Virus record (IMG/VR): IMGVR_UViG_3300027734_000039
Length of the DNA stretch: 64,000 nt
Direction: 5' to 3' (one strand)
Origin: a virus
Shown here: positions 38,584 to 46,662 of the stretch, one piece after another
Position numbering within the stretch: the first letter of the stretch is position 1
How the letters are laid out: the number at the start of each line of letters is the position of its first letter
Program-made: the position numbers and the translations under genes
Notes under the pieces: generated by a model
The model's input: the letters and a program-made list of their open reading frames with translations, nothing else
The model's database searches: none
What the model was told of the DNA's origin: nothing

Positions 38584-40618
38584 CCCAATTTTCTCCTGGT
38601 GGGTTTATTTTATATTCTTTTACTCTTTCCATCATCATATCATAATATTCTTTCATTTCACCATCAAATGCATTTTGAAGCGTTTTATAATAATCTTTTA
38701 GCTTATCCCACTTTTGACCTCTATAAAACTTTATAAAGTCCGCATGAGTACGAGAATAAGCAATGTTGATGCTATTCCTATCAACAATCGTGTAAATGTT
38801 AACACCTTCAGTTTTTCCTTTCACAGCAAGACAATCAAGCTCCAAGCATAGATATTCATCTTTAACTAACTCGTAAGTACGTTGACCTATAATCAGTTTT
38901 ACATGATACGGTTTTGATTGACCTTCTAGTCTAGAGGCCAAGTTAACAGAATCACCGAGGCAAGTATAATCGAAACGCTGAGAGCTACCCATATTTCCGA
39001 CAACAACAGAACCAGTATTGATACCAAGACCCATACCGAAAGCAGGAATACCTTCGTTGGCGATTTCAGCATTGAAGCGATCCAAGTCGCCAAGCATTTC
39101 AAGAGCTGTTTTAACTGCATGTTTAGCGTGATCCTTATCGTCTAGTGGTGCGTTCCAAAAAGCCATTTGAGCATCACCAATATATTTATCAAGCGTTCCT
39201 TCATTTTCAAGTATTTTCGCAGTCATCGCTGTCATGTAGCGATTCATAATCTCAGTAAGACCTTGAACGTTAGATCCATAATGCTCACTAATAGTAGTGA
39301 AACCCCTAACATCAGTAAACATAATTGAAAGTTCTCTGGTTTCTCCGCCAAGGCGTAATAACTCCGGATTCTTTTGTAGTTTTTCTACAAGAGCTGGTGA
39401 AAGATAAGTTCCAAACTGCTTTTTAATTTGTTGTTTTAATCTGAATTCACGAGCGAAATTATTAAACGTCAATTGAAAAAATATTGCGATGCAACTAAGT
39501 AATATGTAGCTCGGATCCCACAGCTGCATATAATTTAAAAACATATAATACGAACCGCCGACAATGGAAACGACAAATGTTATCAAAACAGGTATGGTCC
39601 AAAAGACCGAAGTACGAGGTATTAGAATTAGCAATGTGCCTAATAGCAATACTAGCAGCGCTGTCTCTAGTAGCTTACTCTCTGGTAAACGGCTTATAGA
39701 AGTTCCGTCAATTAAAGTTTGAAGTGCTTGACCTTGCACTTCATGTGCCCACTTCTCCCCGATAGGTGTTGCAACTATACCACCAACACCTTCGATGGTC
39801 AATCCTAAGATAACAATTTTCCCTTCGACGGTTTCTTTTGTAATTTCAGTTGCTTCAATCTTGCTGAAGTTGTTGTTCCATCCGAGCCAGATGCGACCGT
39901 TTTTATCTGTAGAGATGGCGGGGAACTGTGGGATGCGGACGGCTTCGACACCCGCTTCACCTGTTTTGATTTGGTAAGAGGGATCGCCAGCAGCTGTTCG
40001 TAAGGTTTCCAATACAAAAGAAGGATACAGTGTATCGCCAATCCGAGCCAACATAGGCATACGACGGACAACGCCATCGCGCTCGGGAGCAACTGCCAAA
40101 AGCCCAACACCATCCGCATTTCCTGCCAATGTTGGTAAAGGAGCCACAGCCCCCCTCCAAGTATACAACCATGGATCAGGAGCATTACCGATACTAGCAA
40201 ACCCTCTGCGAGCAGCATCTGCTGGTCTTGATTGAGATGTAGGAGTTTGAGAAATGACAACGCTACCACCTCCTAAACTTTTTGCGAGCTCTTGGTCGCC
40301 ACCAGCTCTATCTTTTTCAGAAAATAAAATAGGAACTGAAATAACTGCTGCACCTGAATCGCGGAGCGTATCAATCGTTTGAGCAATATCCCTTCGGTCA
40401 AATGGCCATTGACCAAATTTTTGAACTGACTTTTCGCCAAACTCAACGAAAACAACTTCATCCGACTGTTTCTTTTCTAGTGTTCCTATCAGATAGTCAA
40501 AGGTTTTCAGCTGTAGTGTTTCGATAGGACTTGGATTGATAACATACAATGTCAACAGGAGAAAGGCGCTGATAGCAGCTGCCCACGTACTTGTAAGATA
40601 TTTGCCCAGATTTTCCAT
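38555..40618 (-). CDS. CHASE2-domain class III adenylate cyclase
   Basis: GQWPFDR CHASE2, 3 TM, MFTDVRGFT, DKYIGDA, FDYTCLGDSVNLASRLEG. Confidence 0.93.
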   Translation of the reverse strand: MENLGKYLTSTWAAAISAFLLLTLYVINPSPIETLQLKTFDYLIGTLEKKQSDEVVFVEFGEKSVQKFGQWPFDRRDIAQTIDTLRDSGAAVISVPILFSEKDRAGGDQELAKSLGGGSVVISQTPTSQSRPADAARRGFASIGNAPDPWLYTWRGAVAPLPTLAGNADGVGLLAVAPERDGVVRRMPMLARIGDTLYPSFVLETLRTAAGDPSYQIKTGEAGVEAVRIPQFPAISTDKNGRIWLGWNNNFSKIEATEITKETVEGKIVILGLTIEGVGGIVATPIGEKWAHEVQGQALQTLIDGTSISRLPESKLLETALLVLLLGTLLILIPRTSVFWTIPVLITFVVSIVGGSYYMFLNYMQLWDPSYILLSCIAIFFQLTFNNFAREFRLKQQIKKQFGTYLSPALVEKLQKNPELLRLGGETRELSIMFTDVRGFTTISEHYGSNVQGLTEIMNRYMTAMTAKILENEGTLDKYIGDAQMAFWNAPLDDKDHAKHAVKTALEMLGDLDRFNAEIANEGIPAFGMGLGINTGSVVVGNMGSSQRFDYTCLGDSVNLASRLEGQSKPYHVKLIIGQRTYELVKDEYLCLELDCLAVKGKTEGVNIYTIVDRNSINIAYSRTHADFIKFYRGQKWDKLKDYYKTLQNAFDGEMKEYYDMMMERVKEYKINPPGENWDGVFRTNSK

Positions 40619-40620
40619 TT

Positions 40621-40884
40621 TCAGTACTGGTTGATGATATATGGACTATTAGGGCAGCTGCTACCACATACAACGCTAAGGCTAAAAGACTGTGCATTAA
40701 TTCCAGACTGAGTGACTGAAACGCTAATCCCGTCGCCTGAAAGTTGCAAATTAGCAGAATGACCAGAAGCAGACTGAGTAATAATAACATTTTGATTTGC
40801 TCCTTGAATGTTCACGATTGCATTATTAATATTCTGCGAATAAGCAGCAGTAGTCATAAAAAGTAAAGCTAAAAGTGTTTTCAT
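40621..40884 (-). CDS. small secreted curlin-like protein
   Basis: Signal peptide; N/Q/S-rich IQG.NQNV.ITQ repeats. Confidence 0.6.
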   Translation of the reverse strand: MKTLLALLFMTTAAYSQNINNAIVNIQGANQNVIITQSASGHSANLQLSGDGISVSVTQSGINAQSFSLSVVCGSSCPNSPYIINQY

Positions 40885-41996
40885 CAGTTACCCTGCTTTA
40901 TATTGATAGTTGTTGTTCCTCTACTATTTACAATTTGAGAAATAGTAATGTTTTCTTGGGTAATGTTTACGGTTAAACTGTTATTAGTAGATACCGTTAC
41001 TTCTGCATATGCACCACTTACTTCGCGATATAATGTAACATAGTCATTTTCAACGAAATACTTCAATCCAGTTGCAGCATTATACTTAGGCAATAGAGCA
41101 TTATATTCAGTTAATTCGTTACCTAGTAATTGAGAAGATGCTATATCCAAAAGGTTCATAAGGTAATCTGAATCGAGATAATTTCTATCTAACTTATTAT
41201 ACTCTGATAGGTAATTTTTACTTAACTCGGTATATATTAATAGGTCTTTTCCAAGTAGATCTTCATCAAGAAAATTGTAAGCTTTAGTTACTATATTTTC
41301 TTGAACTGCCACCTGTTTCGGTGGGGTAACAATAATTAGGTTATTGATTTGATCTAAATTGAGATTAAGGATAGCTGACTTCGGTGTAGTCATTCTACTA
41401 CCAACTGCAACTGATTCGAATGGCTTTGTTAACCAAACCGTACCCATATCAGTCGTTACGGATATAGATCCTGTGATACAATCGCGTTCAACATTTCTCC
41501 ACCCAACAGGGCAAGAAGGTAAAAGAATAACAGTACTGCGACCGATCTCGTCAACAGTTCCAGAAAAGTCAGTTCCTCTGACACCGATTGTAGCTGTGGG
41601 CGTCTCAACAACAACCTGTTGCGGATCAGATTTAGCGATTTGACCTGATGCATATTTAATAGTTCCCAAAGCCATCTTGATTCCAAGCTTACCAGTTTTC
41701 TTAGAATCATCGTAAACAAAGTTATCAATTACAAGTTTAGAATGCTCGGTTATTTGAACCTTAGTATCATCCTGAAATGTAATGCCAGCTTTACCATTAG
41801 CAGTTGTGATTGTATCTCTCATCTCAATGCCACTTTGAATGGCGCTTGAAATCACAGCTGTATTACGTTTAATTTCAGTTGGACCTGTTTGCTCTGTTAC
41901 TTTACCAACGTCAGCTTTAGTTGTGGTTGGATCTAATAGTAAGAGTGTTGCCAGAACCAGTGATTGTAGAAATGACCTTTGAATCAACGCCGCCAC
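40884..41996 (-). CDS. FecR-domain protein
   Basis: ITFQDDTKVQITEHSKLVID; TPTATIGVRGTDF (start uncertain). Confidence 0.85.
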   Translation of the reverse strand: MAALIQRSFLQSLVLATLLLLDPTTTKADVGKVTEQTGPTEIKRNTAVISSAIQSGIEMRDTITTANGKAGITFQDDTKVQITEHSKLVIDNFVYDDSKKTGKLGIKMALGTIKYASGQIAKSDPQQVVVETPTATIGVRGTDFSGTVDEIGRSTVILLPSCPVGWRNVERDCITGSISVTTDMGTVWLTKPFESVAVGSRMTTPKSAILNLNLDQINNLIIVTPPKQVAVQENIVTKAYNFLDEDLLGKDLLIYTELSKNYLSEYNKLDRNYLDSDYLMNLLDIASSQLLGNELTEYNALLPKYNAATGLKYFVENDYVTLYREVSGAYAEVTVSTNNSLTVNITQENITISQIVNSRGTTTINIKQGN

Positions 41997-42600
41997 CTTG
42001 CTTAATATCTACCGTATTAGTAGCGCCCAGGATATTCACGTCTGCTTCATGTCCATTTATACCTGCTACACCAGTTTGTTTAATTGCTACTTCATTACCG
42101 CCGCCGCCATCGATAAGCACAGTGCTTTTTGCACCAGCAACTGATGATGAATCGTTCTGAATGTTTACTGTGTTATTATCTGTATTGATTGTAACTGTTG
42201 AAAGTGTAAAACCTTCGGCATTTTGAGTAACAGTATTGTTATCGCCTGTAATTGTATTAACTAGAGACGAACCTGAACAAGATCCGCCAGAACCACAGGA
42301 AATACCTACTGCGTTGTTATCGCCAGTTACCAAAGAGTTTATAGTAACGCCATCACCAAAAACAACTACGTTGGCAACGTTAGTGTTACCTATTTGGTCG
42401 ATTGTTACGATATTGTTTTGTCCGTTAAAAGTCGCTTTATTCGTTGCATTACCAATAGAATTAGTGTTACCAGTTTGGGTCATACTGATCGTAGAACCAT
42501 CGCCTATCTGATCAACGTATACACTATTTCCTGCTGCGTTTGCATAATTTACCATAACCAAGAATGACAATAACGCCATCATTCTTGTTAATAGTTGCAT
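41917..42600 (-). CDS. curlin-repeat protein (CsgA/CsgB-like)
   Basis: Signal peptide; repeated N.v.i.Q.G..N pattern. Confidence 0.75.
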   Translation of the reverse strand: MQLLTRMMALLSFLVMVNYANAAGNSVYVDQIGDGSTISMTQTGNTNSIGNATNKATFNGQNNIVTIDQIGNTNVANVVVFGDGVTINSLVTGDNNAVGISCGSGGSCSGSSLVNTITGDNNTVTQNAEGFTLSTVTINTDNNTVNIQNDSSSVAGAKSTVLIDGGGGNEVAIKQTGVAGINGHEADVNILGATNTVDIKQGGGVDSKVISTITGSGNTLTIRSNHN

Positions 42601-43425
42601 TTATTTTCCCTTCTTAAAGCTCCATAAGTTTTTCTTAGCGCCTTCTTTAATCATCTCTGTAACTGCCGCCTCAATCGCGATTCTAACGGCATACGTTGTC
42701 GGTTCGTTGACAGAAGAACCAGCTTCGAACTCTACTGATTTAGTTCCAGCATCAACAAACTTAAATACGTTAGCATTAACACCTGTACTGAATACGGTTT
42801 TAGTAACGCCAGTAGATAAAAGTATCTCACCTGTATTTATAGAAATTAACCTTAACATTATAGTAACTTCGTCTTTTCTATACTCCTGAGTAGCTCCTAC
42901 GCCAAGGAATCTAGCACCGATACCGCCAGTACCGATGTTAGAGTCATACCCGACGATACCACCATCAATCATAATACCAGCAACGATGAGAGGCGTCAAA
43001 GGCTTTGCCTGATCCTTCTCATAAAGCTCTCTCTGTGAACGAATAAGCTGTCTTTCTTTTACAAGGTTTTCAAGAGCAACACGTTCAACGGGCATAAACC
43101 ATTGACCCTTGCCAGCATCCTGTAAAGCTTTAATTAAAAGAACTTCGCCGCCCTGCGTTACTGCAGAACTGAACGAAGCATAGTTTTGCGATGGTTTTCT
43201 TTGGCCAGTTAAGTCAGCAAACTTATAAACAGCAATAGGAACCTTTGGCCCATCTACAGGAGCAAGGTTCGCTAATTCATTAAATCTCTTAGAAGTTTTA
43301 ATTACTTCTGGGGAATCAACTTGCGGCTCTACATGCCTTGCGCTTGTTATTTCTTTACCTGTGCAACTTGCAACAAGTAAGCCAGCAAATATAGCAATCC
43401 ATAATTTTTTTATCGTTTTTACCAT
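42601..43425 (-). CDS. csgG: curli secretion channel CsgG
   Basis: Lipobox VASC; VYKFADLTGQRKP; AVTQG; VERVALENLVKERQLIRS; GGIVGYDSN. Confidence 0.93.
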   Translation of the reverse strand: MVKTIKKLWIAIFAGLLVASCTGKEITSARHVEPQVDSPEVIKTSKRFNELANLAPVDGPKVPIAVYKFADLTGQRKPSQNYASFSSAVTQGGEVLLIKALQDAGKGQWFMPVERVALENLVKERQLIRSQRELYEKDQAKPLTPLIVAGIMIDGGIVGYDSNIGTGGIGARFLGVGATQEYRKDEVTIMLRLISINTGEILLSTGVTKTVFSTGVNANVFKFVDAGTKSVEFEAGSSVNEPTTYAVRIAIEAAVTEMIKEGAKKNLWSFKKGK

Positions 43426-43856
43426 GCTAAACTCCCATACGGAACTACCACTTCAGTAACGCTACCAGCAGCATCTGTTATTCTTAATGTTATATTAGAA
43501 CCATCAGATGACCAAGCAACGTTATTAGATGCAATATCAAAAGACCCAGAAGTTTTGCCGTCGTCGCTAAAAAGCTGTTCGGCTATCTTCTGGGATAAGG
43601 TCGCATAGACGCGACTTTCTAAATTGTTTAGAAACTTGGCTAGGTTTGTATTTTTAGCATCCGAAGCTGCTTTAGCTGCCTCGGCTTTTTTATCATCTAA
43701 TAACTTTTGTTTTCTTGTTTGTTCTAAATTTTCTATCGTAAGAACATGAGAAGAAAACCCTACGCCGTTAAAAGCAGGACTTCTAAACTGAAATTGAATT
43801 TCATTAGCATATGAAACAGAAGAAAATAAACAAAATAATGCGACTAACTTTTTCAT
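43419..43856 (-). CDS. csgF: curli assembly protein CsgF
   Basis: Signal peptide; FQFRSPAFNG; FLNNLESRVYATLS; directly upstream of csgG. Confidence 0.85.
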   Translation of the reverse strand: MKKLVALFCLFSSVSYANEIQFQFRSPAFNGVGFSSHVLTIENLEQTRKQKLLDDKKAEAAKAASDAKNTNLAKFLNNLESRVYATLSQKIAEQLFSDDGKTSGSFDIASNNVAWSSDGSNITLRITDAAGSVTEVVVPYGSLAW

Positions 43857-43878
43857 TACTTATTTTTCCCTATCTAAA

Positions 43879-43952
43879 TGGCACCAGTGGAAGGAGTCGA
43901 ACCCTCGCCTAGATTTTTGGAGAATCCCGTGCTACCGTAACACTTCACTGAT
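43879..43952 (-). tRNA. tRNA-Trp(CCA)
   Basis: CTCCAAA loop, CCA end. Confidence 0.9.
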
Positions 43953-43968
43953 ATATAACTATTTAGGG

Positions 43969-44058
43969 TGGTGGAGAGTGTGAGATTCGAACTCACGGAA
44001 CCTGTTAGGGTTCGAGCATTTAGCAAACGCTTGCCTTAAGCCTCTCGGCCAACTCTCC
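43969..44058 (-). tRNA. tRNA-Ser(GCT)
   Basis: TTGCTAA loop, long V arm. Confidence 0.93.
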
Positions 44059-44062
44059 GTAA

Positions 44063-44147
44063 TGGTGGAAGAGGATGGATTCGAACCAACTCACCGTACA
44101 GAATCGATTTACAGTCGACCGCGACTCTCCAACTTCGCCGCTCTTCC
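44063..44147 (-). tRNA. tRNA-Tyr(GTA)
   Basis: CTGTAAA loop, long V arm. Confidence 0.9.
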
Positions 44148-44153
44148 AATTCT

Positions 44154-44227
44154 TGGTACCATCTACTGGTTACGATCCAGTGCTAAGAGTGCCACAAACT
44201 CTTGTGCTACCATTACACTAAGATGGC
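44154..44227 (-). tRNA. tRNA-His(GTG), no G-1, A73
   Basis: AGAGT-TTGTGGC-ACTCT. Confidence 0.88.
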
Positions 44228-44228
44228 A

Positions 44229-44304
44229 TGGTGCTGCCTGAGAGGTTCGAACTCCCGACATCTCGATTACTAATCGAGTGCTCTACCAACTGAGCTAAGG
44301 CAGC
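44229..44304 (-). tRNA. tRNA-Thr(AGT)
   Basis: CTCGA-TTAGTAA-TCGAG, canonical body. Confidence 0.92.
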
Positions 44305-44309
44305 ATATT

Positions 44310-44386
44310 TGGTGCGCTTGGAGGGAGTCGAACCCCCAAAACTTGGTTTCTAAGACCAATACGTATACCAATTCCGTCACAAGCGC
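44310..44386 (-). tRNA. tRNA-Leu(TAG), short variable arm
   Basis: TTGGT-CTTAGAA-ACCAA, 77 nt. Confidence 0.88.
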
Positions 44387-44392
44387 ATTTAT

Positions 44393-44467
44393 TGGAGCGG
44401 ACGATGAGATTCGAACTCACGACAACTTGCTTGGCAAGCAAGGACTCTACCACTGAGCTACATCCGC
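44393..44467 (-). tRNA. tRNA-Gly(GCC)
   Basis: TTGCCAA loop, U73. Confidence 0.93.
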
Positions 44468-44472
44468 ATTAA

Positions 44473-44547
44473 TGGAGTTGCCTCCCAGAATCGAACTGGG
44501 TTCTCAAGGATTTGCAGTCCCGTATATTACCATCCTACTCAGGCAAC
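44473..44547 (-). tRNA. tRNA-Cys(GCA)
   Basis: CTGCAAA loop, U73. Confidence 0.9.
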
Positions 44548-44550
44548 AAT

Positions 44551-44624
44551 TGGCGATCCTGAAGGGACTCAAACCCTCCTTTTCCCGTAGACAGCGGGAA
44601 GCCTTCTCTGACGGCAACAGGATC
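44551..44624 (-). tRNA. tRNA-Asp(GTC), atypical
   Basis: TCCCG-CTGTCTA-CGGGA, G73, CCA; U37 and odd D/T loops. Confidence 0.75.
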
Positions 44625-44626
44625 AG

Positions 44627-44704
44627 AACTCGTGATAGGACTTGAACCTATATGCTCCCGAATACTGCCGTAGACAAGAGAACTTACGCTTAGTTGACAC
44701 GAGT
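44627..44704 (-). ncRNA. tRNA-like RNA with 14-nt anticodon loop
   Basis: Acceptor ACTCGTG/CACGAGT, T arm ATAGG-TTCAAGT-CCTAT, D arm; no encoded CCA. Confidence 0.6.
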
Positions 44705-44710
44705 ATAAAC

Positions 44711-44786
44711 TGGTGCTGTTGGAGAGAATCGAACTCCCGACCTGATGATTACAAATCAACTGTTCTACCAATTGAACTACAACAGC
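44711..44786 (-). tRNA. tRNA-Thr(TGT)
   Basis: TTTGTAA loop. Confidence 0.92.
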
Positions 44787-44789
44787 GAA

Positions 44790-44880
44790 TAAGTGGGAGC
44801 TAACCTTGGCTCCCGTCGGATCTATTTGTCGCGATCAACCGTTTGAGGGTTCCATGCATAAACGCTGTCTACCCACACCC
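44790..44880 (-). ncRNA. unknown structured RNA in tRNA array
   Basis: Three hairpins incl. GGGAGC-CAAGGTTA-GCTCCC; possible AACC/GGTT loop-loop pairing. Confidence 0.4.
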
Positions 44881-44884
44881 ATTT

Positions 44885-44960
44885 TGGTGGAGACATGCGG
44901 GATCGAACCGCAGACCTGAAGCTTGCAAAGCTACCGCTCTCCCAACTGAGCTATGTCCCC
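44885..44960 (-). tRNA. tRNA-Ala(TGC)
   Basis: TTTGCAA loop; G3:U70. Confidence 0.93.
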
Positions 44961-45060
44961 AAATTCATCCGCGTCTTTTATAGTGGCTAAGTTATCGCAG
45001 CCCCACTACTGGTACGCACATCATCAGATCTAGAAACCGATGAATAGTAATCCAGCGACT

Positions 45061-45135
<75 letters not shown>

Positions 45136-45141
45136 ATATAA

Positions 45142-45220
45142 TGGCTCCCAGTGCCGGAATCGAACCGACCTAACCATTGCTTAACAGGCAAGTCCATGCA
45201 CCATGCTCGGATTTCTGGGA
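45142..45220 (-). tRNA. tRNA-Asn(GTT)
   Basis: CTGTTAA loop, G73. Confidence 0.85.
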
Positions 45221-45348
45221 ATAGAATTACTTTCCTCGTCTTTTACCGTTTTGCGGTTTAAATTCTGGAAGTAATTTTTTAAATCTTTGAACTAAATTTG
45301 GCTTAGATTTATCATAACCTGTTTGTTATAATTAACAGTATATAAACT

Positions 45349-45624
45349 TTAGTTACAAACTCGTTCTTGACGAATGCCGTAAGGAGTGCGGCGATCGACG
45401 ATATAGCAATGAGGACGACGAGGATAAACAGGAACATAACGTTCCTGATAAACTACTGGACGTCGCTCAACGTATACTGGACGGGGCTGAGACGCTTCAT
45501 TAGCTACAACTGCACCAGCAGCAGCACCAACAACACCAGCAGCTACAAGTTGCTGTTCGCGTGCTGTACAGCCAGCCAATCCGAGAGCAATAAGTGGAAC
45601 TAATAGAATCTTACGCATTGTCAT
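45349..45624 (-). CDS. small lipoprotein with glycine-zipper segment
   Basis: Lipobox LAGC; AAGVVGAAAGAVVA. Confidence 0.75.
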   Translation of the reverse strand: MTMRKILLVPLIALGLAGCTAREQQLVAAGVVGAAAGAVVANEASQPRPVYVERRPVVYQERYVPVYPRRPHCYIVDRRTPYGIRQERVCN

Positions 45625-45632
45625 TCCCCAAA

Positions 45633-46160
45633 TTAGAACTTATAATTTAAGCCAAGCGTGACAACGTTCTCATCGCGATCACGCTTACGGTCAGTGATAT
45701 AACGGTAACGAACATCTGCTTCAATATCGCTTGTGATGTCATAACGGACACCAGCACCAGCAACGTAGATAGGCTCGCGCTTAAGATCAGACCAACGATA
45801 ACCAACGCCAGCAAGAGCATAAGGAACAACAGGAACGAAACCAATCTTATACTGACCGATTACGTTTGTAGTTGCTGTATGTGAACGAAGCTTTGATGAT
45901 TCATTCCAAGCATAATCATAATCAGCTTCTACACGAGCAAACTCTGAAAATTCCCAACCAGCGCGAGCATTAACGCGAAGAGCGTCGTACCAAGGATTGA
46001 TATTTGTTACAGCCTTCGAACCCAAAGAACCGCCAACATAAAATTCAGCCGACTCTTGTGTAGGAGCAGGAGGTGCTGCTGGGGTCTTAGCAGGAATATC
46101 GCTAGCCGAAGCAGCGGTAGCAAAAATCAAACCAACAAATGTTACAACATACTTATTCAT
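45633..46160 (-). CDS. Omp25/RopB-like 8-stranded outer membrane beta-barrel
   Basis: Signal peptide; ASDIPAKTPAAPP; FYVGG; PYALAGVG; GAGVRY; C-terminal GLNYKF. Confidence 0.85.
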   Translation of the reverse strand: MNKYVVTFVGLIFATAASASDIPAKTPAAPPAPTQESAEFYVGGSLGSKAVTNINPWYDALRVNARAGWEFSEFARVEADYDYAWNESSKLRSHTATTNVIGQYKIGFVPVVPYALAGVGYRWSDLKREPIYVAGAGVRYDITSDIEADVRYRYITDRKRDRDENVVTLGLNYKF

Positions 46161-46190
46161 ACTTTTTACTCCATTTCAAGTTATACACCT

Positions 46191-46219
46191 ATTATATAGG
46201 TGATAGGTTTAAAAGTCAA
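46191..46219 (-). promoter_or_regulatory. sigma70-type promoter
   Basis: TTGACT-17 bp-TATAAT on the - strand. Confidence 0.85.
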
Positions 46220-46220
46220 G

Positions 46221-46310
46221 TGGAGGAAGCGGTGGGATTCGAACCCACGGGAGACTTTCGCCCCCGCTAGTTTTCAAGACTAGAACCTTAAACCACTCGG
46301 TCACACTTCC
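46221..46310 (-). tRNA. tRNA-Ser(TGA)
   Basis: CTTGAAA loop, long V arm. Confidence 0.93.
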
Positions 46311-46316
46311 ATTAAT

Positions 46317-46393
46317 TGGTCGGAGTGGCAAGACTCGAACTTGCGACCTCTGGTACCCAAAACCAGCGCACTACCAGGCTGTGCTACACTCCG
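46317..46393 (-). tRNA. tRNA-Pro(TGG)
   Basis: TTTGGGT loop; C1:G72. Confidence 0.93.
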
Positions 46394-46404
46394 TTATTCT
46401 TATT

Positions 46405-46480
46405 TGGTGATCTCTGTGGGATTCGAACCCACGACAATTCGATTAAAAGTCGAATGCTCTACCAACTGAGCTAAGAGATC
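46405..46480 (-). tRNA. tRNA-Lys(TTT)
   Basis: CTTTTAA loop. Confidence 0.93.
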
Positions 46481-46483
46481 TAA

Positions 46484-46558
46484 TGGTTGGCACAGGTGGT
46501 TACGATCCACCGACCCCTGTCTTATCAGGACAGTGCTCTACCGCTGAGCTATGCGCCA
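46484..46558 (-). tRNA. tRNA-Ile(GAT)
   Basis: CTGATAA loop; T loop ATCGTAA. Confidence 0.9.
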
Positions 46559-46613
46559 ATATTAAAAAAGTCCCCATCCTAGATCGCCAGTTATTCCCCT
46601 GCTAGGGCGATTC

Positions 46614-46662
46614 CACGCGACACCGAAGTGTTTCATGCCATTACAGGCAATCATCAGGCGTA
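46614..46662 (-). ncRNA. type I hammerhead ribozyme
   Basis: UACGC-CUGAUGA-U-UGCC(UGUAAU)GGCA-U-GAAA-CAC(UUCG)GUG-UC/GCGUG: full core with stems I-III. Confidence 0.8.

Noticed and set aside
44551-44624. Amber suppressor (CTA) reading of the loop CTGTCTA
   Set aside because: The 5-bp stem centres GTC at 34-36 and G73 fits Asp; core genes show no in-frame TAG recoding
44535-44771. 78-aa ORF on the - strand
   Set aside because: Overlaps tRNA-Thr, the tRNA-like element and tRNA-Asp
45020-45035. CUGAUGA on the - strand as a second hammerhead
   Set aside because: No GAAA after a stem II and no compatible stems I/III; the motif is paired within a hairpin
45225-45345. Small ORF between tRNA-Asn and the lipoprotein gene
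   Set aside because: The open - strand frame has no start codon
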